Shown here: piece by piece, positions 27,921-38,300 of the stretch
Layout: every line of letters begins with the position of its first letter
Position numbering within the stretch: position 1 is the first letter of the stretch
Source: Planctomycetia bacterium
GTDB taxonomy: Bacteria; Planctomycetota; Phycisphaerae; UBA1845; UTPLA1
Reading direction: 5' to 3'
Length of the DNA stretch: 64,000 nucleotides
Assembly: GCA_015075745.1 (NCBI GenBank)
Contig: JABTTW010000002.1
Span: 446,453 to 510,452 of the forward strand
The notes under the pieces: generated by a model
The model's input: only the letters and a program-made list of their open reading frames with translations
Told to the model about the DNA's origin: nothing
The model's database searches: none
Program-made: the position numbers and the translations under genes

Positions 27921-29305
27921 TCCTCGGCGATGCAGTAGAGGTTCTTTCGCCCGCGCAGGAAGATTTCGTCGCCGGCGATGGCCGGGGACGCTTCGAAGCC
28001 GTCATCCAGCACATTCGTGGCCAGCACCTCAAACTCACCGCCGTGCTTGATCACCGTCGTCTTTCCATTTCGACCGGCGATGTAGACCTTGTTGGCCGCC
28101 CCGACGAGCGAGGCGTAGATCATGTCCGGGCCTTCAATTCGCATCTTCTCGGCGAGCGGCTCGCCCTTCTTGGCATCGAGGCAGGTCAGAATCGGTCGGT
28201 TGTTGTCGAGAAAATAGAGCACGTCCTTGTAAAGGAGCGCCGAGGGCACATACGGCGTATCCTTGTCGTATCGCCATGCCACAGTGCCGGAATCGGTGAT
28301 GTCGCCCTTGGCGGCCCCATAGCGAATGGCCAGGAGCGCTGCGCCGCGAAAACCCGAAATGCAGTAGAGCAGGCCGTTGCCGATCATGGGGGTGGGGATG
28401 GTGTTGGCGGTCATCCCGCGACAGCTCCAGATGTCCTTGCCGGTCTTGAGGTCGTACGCCTGAATCGCGTTGGTCGCGGAGACGACGACCTGCGGCTTGC
28501 CGTTGGCCCGGAAGACGATGGGCGTGGACCATGTCGTCGGCTCATCGCGGTCCCGGCGCCATAATTCCTTGCCGGTCTTCTTATCCAGGGCCACGATGAA
28601 GTCGTCTCCTTCGTGATCCCAATTAACAATGATCGTGTCGCCGTAAAGGGCCGGTGAACTGCCCTCGCCGAACTCGTTGCGCGTCTTCATGTCGCCGAAA
28701 TCTTTTTCCCACTTCACCTTGCCCTTCATGTCCAGGCAGTAAAGCCCGTAGGATCCGAAGAAGGCGTAGACGTGCTCTCCGTCGGTCACCGGCGAAGCGG
28801 ACGCCTGCGACGCATCCGGGTGGCCCGCCTCGTGAGGAACCTCTTCGTGGACGGTCGTGTTCCAGATTGTCTTGCCGGTCTTGCGATCGAGGGCCATCAC
28901 CTGGAACTGATAGGCCTTGGTCGGCTTTGCGTTGCGCATGCCGAAGCCCCCGCGCCGGCGGCCTGGTTGGCCTTGCCGTCCATCACGATCGCCGGGCTGA
29001 ACATATGCGCCTGCTTCGGCCGGAGTACGATCTGATTCGACCGCCGTCACGATGAAGACCCGATCGCCCCAGACGATCGGCGTGGCGTGACTTCGCCCGG
29101 TCATCGGCACCTTCCAGCGGATGTTCTTTTCCTCCGACCACTCGGTGGGCGGATTCGCTCTCAATGCAACGCCGGTTCCGTTGGGCCCCCGCCACTGCGG
29201 CCAGAAGTCGGCCCGGCCGGGCGTCTTGGGCGGCGCGGCGGCCGCCATGTTCGCCACGGTCCATGCCAGCACCCATGCACTGATGTTTAGGCTCGTCTTC
29301 ATCAC
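27917..29305 (-). CDS. Secreted PQQ-like (BamB-type) beta-propeller repeat protein
   Basis: Signal peptide MMKTSLNISAWVLAWTVANMAAA, then repeated W-containing blades (NIRWKV, TIWNTTV, KVKWEKDF, KELWRRD, KDIWSCRG, TVAWRYD). The stop codon lies inside the IS630 no. 2 terminal CTAG. Confidence 0.75.
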   Translation of the reverse strand: MMKTSLNISAWVLAWTVANMAAAAPPKTPGRADFWPQWRGPNGTGVALRANPPTEWSEEKNIRWKVPMTGRSHATPIVWGDRVFIVTAVESDRTPAEAGAYVQPGDRDGRQGQPGRRRGGFGMRNAKPTKAYQFQVMALDRKTGKTIWNTTVHEEVPHEAGHPDASQASASPVTDGEHVYAFFGSYGLYCLDMKGKVKWEKDFGDMKTRNEFGEGSSPALYGDTIIVNWDHEGDDFIVALDKKTGKELWRRDRDEPTTWSTPIVFRANGKPQVVVSATNAIQAYDLKTGKDIWSCRGMTANTIPTPMIGNGLLYCISGFRGAALLAIRYGAAKGDITDSGTVAWRYDKDTPYVPSALLYKDVLYFLDNNRPILTCLDAKKGEPLAEKMRIEGPDMIYASLVGAANKVYIAGRNGKTTVIKHGGEFEVLATNVLDDGFEASPAIAGDEIFLRGRKNLYCIAED

Positions 29306-29374
29306 GACCGACCTCCCGTTTCATTTGAAATCATCCGTACGCCGCCCGCACAGTAGCAAGGAGAGCGCGTCGAG

Positions 29375-29653
29375 TCACGACTCCGGATCGATCCGTCGTC
29401 GCCGTCCCAATCGCACATCGCACGGCGTCGCATTTTCGTTACCAATCCAGTGATCCCAGGCCCCGTGGTCGCTGATGTCCACACCGGCGGCCTTCGCCTG
29501 TCGTTGAAGGTAGTTTTGCAGCTCGATGAGGAAATCTGTGTCCATCAGTTCCGGATGTTCCGCCAGGTGCTGATGCAGCACCCGATAGATCAACTTCAGC
29601 TCCTCGGCATCCAGCGCCGCCACCACCGCATCGCCCCGTTCTTCAAAGCTCAT
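29375..29653 (-). CDS. Small hypothetical protein (weak call)
   Basis: 92-aa ORF with protein-like composition for about 70 aa (DAEELKLIYRVLHQHLAEHPELMDTDFLIELQNYLQRQAKAAG). No known motif. Confidence 0.3.
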   Translation of the reverse strand: MSFEERGDAVVAALDAEELKLIYRVLHQHLAEHPELMDTDFLIELQNYLQRQAKAAGVDISDHGAWDHWIGNENATPCDVRLGRRRRIDPES

Positions 29654-30651
29654 GTCACACGTCCTTTCGACAGCGGGGCATTATACCGCATCCCGGCAGT
29701 TGACGCCTTCCGGGCGAATGCACGGGCGACATTCCCCCCCTATTCCGTGCAGACACCGTATCCGGGGGCCGGGCGCCGTGACGAACCGAGCCCGCGCCGT
29801 AGGTGTCACACGGGCGACACTCACCGCGGGGACGATGAATCCACCCGTTGCCGGGCGATGGCGCAGAAGGCTTGAATTCAGTACCAGGGAAAATCGAGCC
29901 AGTTGCGACCGAGGGGACTGCCCGGGCTGAGAATCGGGGTGGTCGAAGAGACGAATACGTGGATTTCATGAAGCGTTGGCACTTGTGCCAAACGGCGGCC
30001 CGGCGCACGGCTCACGCGGTCGGCCGATCATGCGCGGGATTTGTCCCTATGCTCTGCCTGTCAAGGAGGCTGCGCGACGGATGTCCCACAGTTCCCTTGT
30101 TTTGCCATGACGTTCGCATCCGAAACCGTCCGTCCCGCACCCGGCGTGACTTTACTTACTTCAGCCGCCCATGCCTCGTGCCGATAGCTCCAGGCCGGGC
30201 GAGGCGACCTTGCCACGGACGGACACAGGACGCTGACGTGAAGGGCACCACGGATGGTCATTGACGAACTTCGTCCACCCTCCAAGACGGACGCGATCAA
30301 GCCGGCCGCAAATCCAATTCGAATGGGTGTGCCCTTCATTTCTCCCAGTCATCTCGTTCGGGAAAAGGCATTTCGCATGGCCATCCGGACGGGGTGGATG
30401 CCGGACTTCAACCTCATCTGGGAGTCGCAGCGGCAACAGGGTTTCTCGATGTGCTTCGGGTCGCACTCGGCAAGCTGCGATCGTGCATGTCGCTGGTTTG
30501 AGACGTGCCACGAGCTGGTGTCTGAGCCCATCGACGCCCGACTACCCGCACCCGATTTCCAGACATCCCGTTGAGCCGCACCGGCTCAAAGTGCGTACCC
30601 GCCCCTCAGCGGGCTACGAACTTCCAACCGTTACGATGCGCCATGCGGCGA

Positions 30652-33600
30652 TTATCTCGTCTTCCTAACCATGCGCCCGGGTCGCCGTCGTCGGTAGCCG
30701 AAGGCCATAAGCGGAACGAGTCCAAGCGTGGCCGTTGCGGATGATCCCGCCCCGCACGCACCGCTGCCGATCAGTGGGTCGGTCGATCTGACGCCAGAAT
30801 CCGTGCCAGGTCCCACCCGCTCCGGATTGACCGGGGAATCCGCAAAGGGGCAACCGAACTCGTTGACCGTGGACCCCAGCAGCGAGCCCGGACACTGGTC
30901 AAGACAATCCGGCACGCCGTCACTGTCAGCATCTGCATTCGGGTTGATTTGCAGGCAGGAGCAGCCGGACTCATTCACCACAGAACCCAGAGGGGTGTTC
31001 GGGCAAGCGTCCGCACAATCGGGGACGCGGTCACGATCCAAGTCTACGATCGGGACGATCTGTGCGCAAGCACAGCCGGTGTTATCGACGGCGTTACCGG
31101 CGGGCGTATTGGGGCACAGGTCCACGCAGTCGCCGATCCCGTCGTTGTCGGAGTCACCGGGCGTGAGCTGCTGACAGGAGCAACCGTTGGCGTCCACCGC
31201 GGCGCCGGTCAGCGTGCCGGGACATGCGTCGAGGCAATCCAAAACGCCGTCACCATCGCTGTCACCGAGTTCGTCAATCAGTCCGTTGCAATCGTTGTCG
31301 ATTCCGTCGCAGACTTCGACGGCATTGGGGTTCACGGCGGCCTGACCGTCGTCGCAATCCAGGAAGTTGCTCACAAATCCGGCCGGCTGCGTACATGAAG
31401 AGATCAGGTTCAGGGGGTTTCCAAAACCGTCGCCATCGAAGTCGCGATACCAGAGGGCGGCGCTCGGTGCGATGCCGTCGCAATTGCGGTCCTGTCCGCA
31501 AACATCGACGGCATTCGGGTTGTAGGCGGCGCTGGCATCATTGCAGTCGAGATTGTTGGAGACGTAACCGGCCGGCTGCGAGCAGCCAAGCTGAAAGTCA
31601 AGCGGATTGCCAAAGCCGTCGTTGTCCGCATCGCGGTACCAGGTCATCGAAAACTGAAGAGTCAGAAGCGCCGCGTTACTGGTTGCCGAGCCGCAGGCGT
31701 TGGTGACGACGCATCGGTAGGCCCCCTGCGTGGAGGTCGAATAGCAACTGGAAGTCGCGCCGCCGATGTTGACGTTGTCCTTCTGCCACTGGTAACTGAG
31801 CGGCGTCGCGCCCGTTGCCACGACGCAGAATTGCAGAGAGTTGCCCGAGCAGACACTGCCCGAGATGGGGTGTGAAGTGATCGCGGGTGCGACATTGACC
31901 GTCAGGGTCGCACTGTTGCTCGTGGCGCTGCTGCAGCCGTTGCTGACCACGCATCGGTACGAGCCGGCCAGGCCTGCGTCGTAACAGGATGCGGTGGCGC
32001 CGGCGACATCCGCACCGTCCTTCTGCCACTGGTAGGTAAGCGTGCCGCCGCCGGTCGCGGTTATGCAAAACTGCCGCGTCTGGCCGGTGCAGACCGAGCC
32101 TGAAGTCGGATGCGAGGTCACGGCAACGCCGGTGTTGACCGTCAGAGCGACGCTGTTGCTGGCCCGCGAACCACAGGCATTCAGGATGATGCACCGATAG
32201 GAACCTGCGACCGTCGCCGAGTAGCAAGACGACGTGGCACCGACGATGTTGACGCCGTTCTTCTGCCACTGATACGTGAACGGGCCGACGCCGGAAGCGA
32301 CGACGCAGAACTGGTTGGATTGTCCCGAGCAGATCGTTGCCGCGACGGGCTGAGTGGCGACGGTGGGGACGTCGTTGACCGTCAAACCGGCTGCATTGCT
32401 GGTGGCGGAGCCGCACGAGTTGGTGACGACGCAGCGGTACGAACCTGCTGACGAAGCCGTATAACAGGAACTGTTCGCGCCCGAGACGTTGGCGCCGTCC
32501 TTCTGCCACTGATAGGTCAGGGGGGCCGCGCCGGTCGCGGTGACGCAGAATTGATTGGTCTGGCCGTTGCAAATCGTGGCTGCGGAAGGGTGACCGGTGA
32601 CCGATGGCACAGCGTTATGGGAAAGGGACGCGGAATTACTCAGGACGGATCCGCAATTGTTGGTCACGGTGCAGGTGTAAGCGCCGGCCAGCGTAGCGGA
32701 GTAGCAGGACGCCGTGGCCCCGCTGATGTCGACGCCGTTTCTGCGCCACTGATAACTCAGGGGGGGCGTACCGGTGGCCGTCACGCAGAACTGAGCGGAG
32801 CTTCCAACGCATGCGGTGACCGGAGCCGGGTGCGTCGAGATTGCGGGAGCCTGCTGGCCGTTCTGCGAACAGGAGCAACCATTCGTGTCGACGGGCTGGC
32901 TTGCGGCCGTCCCGGGACAGGTATCGGTGCAATTGAGCACGCCGTCGCCGTCGTCGTCGCCCGAGCCGCAGGTGCAGGGAAATTGCTTGTACCAGAGTAG
33001 AGAGTTCGCACCGCCGTCATCGATGGTCAAAAAGACGCTTCGCTGATCAGAGTTACAGTCGGTGTTCGACATAATGGCGAAGCCCTCAAGATTCCAGCTT
33101 GAAGGGCTTCCGGCGGGCCGGCCGTAGGTGAGAATCTCATTGAGCTTGCGCTCCCCAGAGACCTGTGTGGAGCCAAGCGTGGTGACCTCGATCCGATTCC
33201 AATCTGCCCCGTGCAGGATGTAGAGGCGACCGTCGGAGCGATCGAAGGCCAGTTCGCAGCTTTCGCCGTAGTTCGTCTTGTAGGCCCCGACGAAAGTGAA
33301 AGTGCCGTTTGAACGATTGAGATCAAATGCGTAGAGCCGTCCGCCGTTCTGGTGTGCGACGAACATGAGCCCGCCCATGCCGTTCTGGCTCAGGTAAGGA
33401 TTGCCGCTGCCATCGACAAAGCCCTGCGCGGCAAGGAATGAATCCGGCACGAAGCAAAGCCCCTCCGCCCCGGACCCGCCGTTGAGAGGGAGGTGCGGCG
33501 AGGTGTTCCAGTTATTGACAAGTACCGCGGTACCGTAGGTGGCGATGGAGTATTCCTTGATGCGCTCTTCGCCCTCGAGGAGCAGATAGATGGCTGCTTC

Positions 33601-33957
33601 GCCGTAGTGGGCCTGGGTGACGGCTTCCAGATCGCCGAAGTTGGTCCATTCGCCGCGAAGCCCGTTTTGATAGTCGATCTCGAAGCTTCCGTTTCCATCC
33701 TCGCGGAGGGCCCAGAATTTGGAACCGCCGGTGCCGCCGTTTCTGCACACCCAGAGACGGCGCGTCTGCGGATTCCAGAACGCGGAACTCATGTTGACAT
33801 GGAAGTCGTTGGTACCGGGGCCTTCAACGGCGGTGAGATTGGTCGCGGCGCTCAGCGCCTCGGCCGGCCATGGCACTTCGGCTGCGGCGACAACTGTTAC
33901 CTGTAGTGCCGCGAGAACCAAACTGGCGCTCGGCGGCAATTGAAATCGATCCCGCAT
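30652..33957 (-). CDS. Giant surface protein: phytase-like/SdiA-regulated-type propeller + 5 Ig (I-set-like) repeats + MopE-like metal-binding repeats + thrombospondin type-3 repeats + C-terminal hydrophobic/Arg-rich anchor
   Basis: Start at ATG 33957 (MRDRFQLPPSASLVLAALQVTVVAAAEV signal). Five 80-aa repeats carry FCV.ATG..PL.YQWQKDG....SCY...AGSYRCVV.N.CGS. There are two WYRD.D.DGFGNP...C.QPAG.V.N.LDC.D...NPNA.E.C repeats and five D.D.DG..DC.D.CP.T....V...GC.C repeats. The tail is LGLVPLMAFGYRRRRPGRMVRKTR. Confidence 0.85.
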   Translation of the reverse strand: MRDRFQLPPSASLVLAALQVTVVAAAEVPWPAEALSAATNLTAVEGPGTNDFHVNMSSAFWNPQTRRLWVCRNGGTGGSKFWALREDGNGSFEIDYQNGLRGEWTNFGDLEAVTQAHYGEAAIYLLLEGEERIKEYSIATYGTAVLVNNWNTSPHLPLNGGSGAEGLCFVPDSFLAAQGFVDGSGNPYLSQNGMGGLMFVAHQNGGRLYAFDLNRSNGTFTFVGAYKTNYGESCELAFDRSDGRLYILHGADWNRIEVTTLGSTQVSGERKLNEILTYGRPAGSPSSWNLEGFAIMSNTDCNSDQRSVFLTIDDGGANSLLWYKQFPCTCGSGDDDGDGVLNCTDTCPGTAASQPVDTNGCSCSQNGQQAPAISTHPAPVTACVGSSAQFCVTATGTPPLSYQWRRNGVDISGATASCYSATLAGAYTCTVTNNCGSVLSNSASLSHNAVPSVTGHPSAATICNGQTNQFCVTATGAAPLTYQWQKDGANVSGANSSCYTASSAGSYRCVVTNSCGSATSNAAGLTVNDVPTVATQPVAATICSGQSNQFCVVASGVGPFTYQWQKNGVNIVGATSSCYSATVAGSYRCIILNACGSRASNSVALTVNTGVAVTSHPTSGSVCTGQTRQFCITATGGGTLTYQWQKDGADVAGATASCYDAGLAGSYRCVVSNGCSSATSNSATLTVNVAPAITSHPISGSVCSGNSLQFCVVATGATPLSYQWQKDNVNIGGATSSCYSTSTQGAYRCVVTNACGSATSNAALLTLQFSMTWYRDADNDGFGNPLDFQLGCSQPAGYVSNNLDCNDASAAYNPNAVDVCGQDRNCDGIAPSAALWYRDFDGDGFGNPLNLISSCTQPAGFVSNFLDCDDGQAAVNPNAVEVCDGIDNDCNGLIDELGDSDGDGVLDCLDACPGTLTGAAVDANGCSCQQLTPGDSDNDGIGDCVDLCPNTPAGNAVDNTGCACAQIVPIVDLDRDRVPDCADACPNTPLGSVVNESGCSCLQINPNADADSDGVPDCLDQCPGSLLGSTVNEFGCPFADSPVNPERVGPGTDSGVRSTDPLIGSGACGAGSSATATLGLVPLMAFGYRRRRPGRMVRKTR
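31654..32853 (-). repeat. Intragenic array of five 240-nt Ig-domain repeats
   Basis: A period of about 240 nt is visible on the plus strand as recurring TTCTGCCACTG(G/A)TA near 31780, 32020, 32260, 32500 and 32740. Confidence 0.8.
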
Positions 33958-34129
33958 GACGTGTACCCTTTTTGAAACGGGGTCAATTCGCGGGTAAAGG
34001 CCAGCTCTTGCCGCCAAGCCTTTACCCAAGCTTACAATTTGCTTATTTCCATGGGCACTTTTCGAAGCCCGAATCTCCTTTTTCCAGACAAGCGGCTGAC
34101 GCGCCTGGATGTAATTAGGGGACCCCCTA

Positions 34130-34146
34130 GTCAATCTCCGTGCCAC
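34130..34146 (-). promoter_or_regulatory. Candidate sigma-54 (-24/-12) promoter upstream of the 30652-33957 gene (imperfect -12)
   Basis: The minus strand reads GTGGCACGGAGATTGAC, against the consensus TGGCACG-N4-TTGC. The -24 element is perfect and the -12 element is TTGA instead of TTGC. It lies about 175 nt upstream of ATG 33957. Confidence 0.25.
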
Positions 34147-35358
34147 TGACCAAGTGAGTCCGAAAAAGCGGATCGAAACTTGCTTAGGGATGCACGAAAG
34201 AACGTTTTACCGGCGTGAATCCCCTCCATGCTCCGTTGAGCTAACCCCCCGTCCCCGCAATGCTCGCATGGGAACTGCGGAGACTGGGCAATTTCACTCT
34301 AACGGTGGGGTCCGCGAATTGTCAAGATTACGTTAACAATTCTGGGACCTCCCCAGATCCAGGAGTTCGGAAATTGGCCGCAGACTTAGGCCAGGGCGTG
34401 AGTTAGGGGAGTCGGCACGACCCCAGGATCGCGCGGAGCCGGGACCCATCCCCAGCCCCACGGATGGCTCGCTGCGCTGCCTCGGGGGTCGGCATCCCTC
34501 CCGCAAGCCGGCGATGATGGTTTGGCTTTCGGGTCCAAGTGATCAACCGAAAGAATGGTTCGATCATCCAGGTCAGTAGGTTGCCGACGAACATCCGTCG
34601 CGGCGAAGGCAATGCACGTGCCGGGCCGGGTTGAGAAATTAAGAACCCGCATGCTCGCAGATCCATGAGGAACTGCTCCCACATGCTGCTTTCCTCGCTC
34701 AGTCATACTCGGGCGCATCGAACGCGCTTCGAGTTTTGAGCATCGAGAACCCAACACCGAGTCATCTGACGCAAATTACGTCGTTGTTAAAGATATGCGC
34801 GAACGCCATCGCGGCTTTCACGTGCATAACGACGCGCCAACCATGGATGGAGCCGCGAATGTCCCGCTTTTGAGCAAATTCGAGACGCTTATCATCGGCC
34901 ACAAGCAAATCCAAAAAAAAAGGGGCAGCACAGATTTAGCGATGGAATCGTGCATTGTGCAATGAAAAAACGCTTCCCGACACATTAGCTAAGGACAGTG
35001 CGTTTCTCTTCTTAGCTCGCGGAATCATCTGGACGCTTAAATGTGCCCGCGGCCGGTAATCAATTGAATTCTGATAATCATTTCGTTAGCATGGATCTCG
35101 CCGCAGAGAATTCGCAAAAAAAACGTGGATGGCGCGATCCGCTTTTGAGCTGGGAGGCGTTGGACTGGTGCCCCGGGGGAAAGGAGCATCCAGTTAGACT
35201 CGCGCCTGCCAATTACCGCAACAATAGGGTCAGAGTCTCGGGTACGGCCAGCGCATTTAGTGGCCAGATTTACGACCTGCTTTTCGCGACTCAGAAATTC
35301 GTTAGTTGCTCAGAATCTTGGGGCACTTCTCGCCCGGCGTTACTCGACGTTTTCGCGC

Positions 35359-38300
35359 ATGAAGCGCACTGAAAGTGATCCCATGAACAACAGCCGAAAA
35401 TCTCAACTCGCCTGGGGAATCGCACTGTTCCTGCTTACCGGCACACCGGCCTGGGCGCAGGTTCGCATCACGGAGTACATGTATTCGGGCGCCAACGGTG
35501 AGTTCATTGAGTTGACGAATCTCGGCGGAAGCGCCGTCGACCTGACCGGCTGGAGCCTGGACGACAGCACGAATACGCCGGGCTCATTAAGCTTGAGCGC
35601 CTTGGGAAGCGTTGCGGCAGGCGAGTCGGTGGTGATCACGGAGAGCGCAGAGGCGACCTTCCGTGCTGCGTGGAGCCTCGCGCCGACGGTCAAGATTCTG
35701 GACGGCTCGGGTGTCGTTGCCGGTCTGGGCCGAAATGACTCCATCTTCATCTATGACGCTTCGTCTGCGCTTGTCGATCGACTCGACTATGGCGATCAGA
35801 CATTTTCGGGATCGATCCGCACGCAGAACGCGAGCGGCTGGATCTGTACCCAGGGGCTCGGCGCGAACGATCCATTCCTCTGGGTCTTGTCCGTGGTTGC
35901 GGACGCACAGGGCTCCGTCGCCTCGACCGGCGCGGATGTCGGCAGTCCCGGCTCCTTTACGTCTGTCGCGTGTCCATCGGGGCCGACCGGCGCGTGCTGC
36001 ACCATGGGAAGCTGCGCCGACGGCGTCACGCAGGCCGATTGCGAAAACGGCGGCGGCGTCTATCAGGGCGACGCCTCGCTCTGTTCAGGTGTGACCTGTC
36101 CCCAGCCGTCCAACGCCCCGATTCGCATCACTGAGTACATGTATGCCGGTCTCGATGGCGAGTTCCTCGAACTCACGAACATCGGAATGAACCCCGTCGA
36201 TATGGCCGGCTTCAGCTTTGACGACAACACCAATCTTCCGGGCACCATCGACCTCACCAGCTTTGGAACGGTCGCCCCCGGAGAGTCCGTCATCATTACG
36301 GAAGCGGGCGAGGCCACTTTCCGAACCGCGTGGAACCTCGACCCCGGCATCAAGATCATCAGTGGCATCGCCATTGATGCAGCCCTGGGGCGGAGCGACA
36401 CCTTGAACATCTGGGACGGCTCGAATTCACTCGTTGACCGCCTTCAATACGGCGACCAGGACTTTCCCGGCACGATCCGCACGCAGAACTCCAGCGGCTG
36501 GGTCTGCGATGCCGGCCTCGGACAGAACAACCCGCACGAGTGGTTCCTTTCGTTCCCGGCGGACATTCAATCTTCCACGACATCAACCGGAGGAGACGTC
36601 GGCAGTCCCGGTTCATACACTGGGGTCGATTGTGCCAGCGGACCAATGGTCACCCTGACCGATCCTCCCTCGCTAATCAGCGTCGACGCACTGCCGTCGG
36701 TGACCGTCACCTTCAGTGCCGCCGTGTCGGGCGTTGTCGCGGGCAATCTCACTGTCAATGGTTCTCCGGCGACGAGCGTGTCCGGTTCGGGCGCGGGGCC
36801 CTACACGTTTTCGGGTTACGCGGTCCCGATTCCCGGGAATGTCGACATCAACGTCGCATCCGGCTCGATCGTTTCGTCGCCGGGCGGCGTTCCGTTCCTC
36901 GGCTATGGCTGGTCGCTGTCGGTCGGCATCCGCATCGTGATCAACGAGCTGAATTACCATCCGCACGATGTGCTTCATCCGACGCAGGACACGGAGTTCG
37001 TGGAGTTCTACAACGCCGGGGCCAGCCAGGTTGATTTGAGCGGCTGGGTGATTTCCGACGGCGTCGTGTTCACTTTCGCACCGGCGACATTTCTTGATCC
37101 GGCGTCATATCTGGTGATCGCCGTGAACCCGACCGCGCTTCAGGCTGCCACGGGCCATGCAGGCGCCCTCCAATGGACCTCCGGTGCACTGAGCAACGGC
37201 GGCGAGCGCGTCGCCATCCGGGACAGCTTCGGCAACCTGATGGACGAAGTGGAATACAGCGACGGCGGCGCGTGGCCGTCGCAGCCCGATGGCAGCGGTC
37301 CGTCGCTCGAACTGATCAATCCGAATCTGCCCAACCAGTACGCGGCCTCGTGGCGCGCTTCATCTGGAATCAACGGAACACCAGGGGCTCAGAACAGCGT
37401 TTTCAATGCCGCGCCCGCCCCCATCATTATTTCTCCGATGCACACCCCCTCGATTCCCGCGCCGAGTACGCCGGTGACGGTGACGGCCCTGGTCCTCGAT
37501 GACGGAATGTCTCCTCCCAACGTGACGCTCAACTATCGACAGGACGCCGTTTCTCCGGGGGCGTATCTGCAGACCCCGATGCTGGATGACGGGGCGCACG
37601 GCGACGGCGCAGCGGGCGATGACACCTACGGGGCCACACTGACGGGCCTCGCTAACGGTGAACAGTACGACTTCTATATCACGGCGGACGACGGCTCGGC
37701 GGTGAGCACATTCCCGCGGAATCACCCCACCGCGAACGGTTCGTGCAGCGCAGTCGGCTGCCAGGCCGATCAGAATCCAACCTGCGTTCTGTGTCAGACG
37801 CTCCTGTGCAAATTCTCGAATGAAACGCTGCCGACCGACTTCCCGGTATATCACATCATCGTGTCCCGGCCGAACAAGAGCACCCAGGAATCGCTGTCCT
37901 GCAATACAAGTCCGGTGGCGTTCGATCCTTGCAAGACCGAGTTCGACGCCACGTTTGTCGATGACACGGGGAAAGTGTATTACAACGTCACCGAACGATA
38001 TCGTGGGCAAAGCAGCATCACGCTCTTCCCCAAGTCGTACGCGGTCGACTTCGCCACCGACAACCAATTGCCCACGCCGCTTGGTTTCTCAGTTCGCAAG
38101 CTCATCTTGAACGCCAACCAGCCGACGCGGCAGAAGCTCGGCTTCGACATCTTCCGCGACGCCGGGATGCCGGCATCCGTTTGCGAATTCATCCGCCTGC
38201 GATTCACGGGCATCAATTACGACACGACGAACATCGGCTCCATCGGATTCAACGGCCTTTACGCCTGCATCGAGCGCGTCGATGGCGATTTCCTCAATTC

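Noticed and set aside
30254-30574. 106-aa plus-strand ORF with several Cys residues (CFGSHSASCDRACRWFETCHEL) in the ORF-poor gap.
   Set aside because: It overlaps an equally long minus-strand ORF, has no RBS or start context and no recognisable family. The evidence is insufficient.
34386-34757. ORFs of 123 and 93 aa on the minus strand in the divergent intergenic region. The 93-aa frame contains WMIEPFFRLITW, which faintly recalls the IS4 W.IE..F..K signature.
   Set aside because: The two frames overlap each other and there is no start context. The similarity is a single short motif, which is not enough to call a gene or an IS relic.
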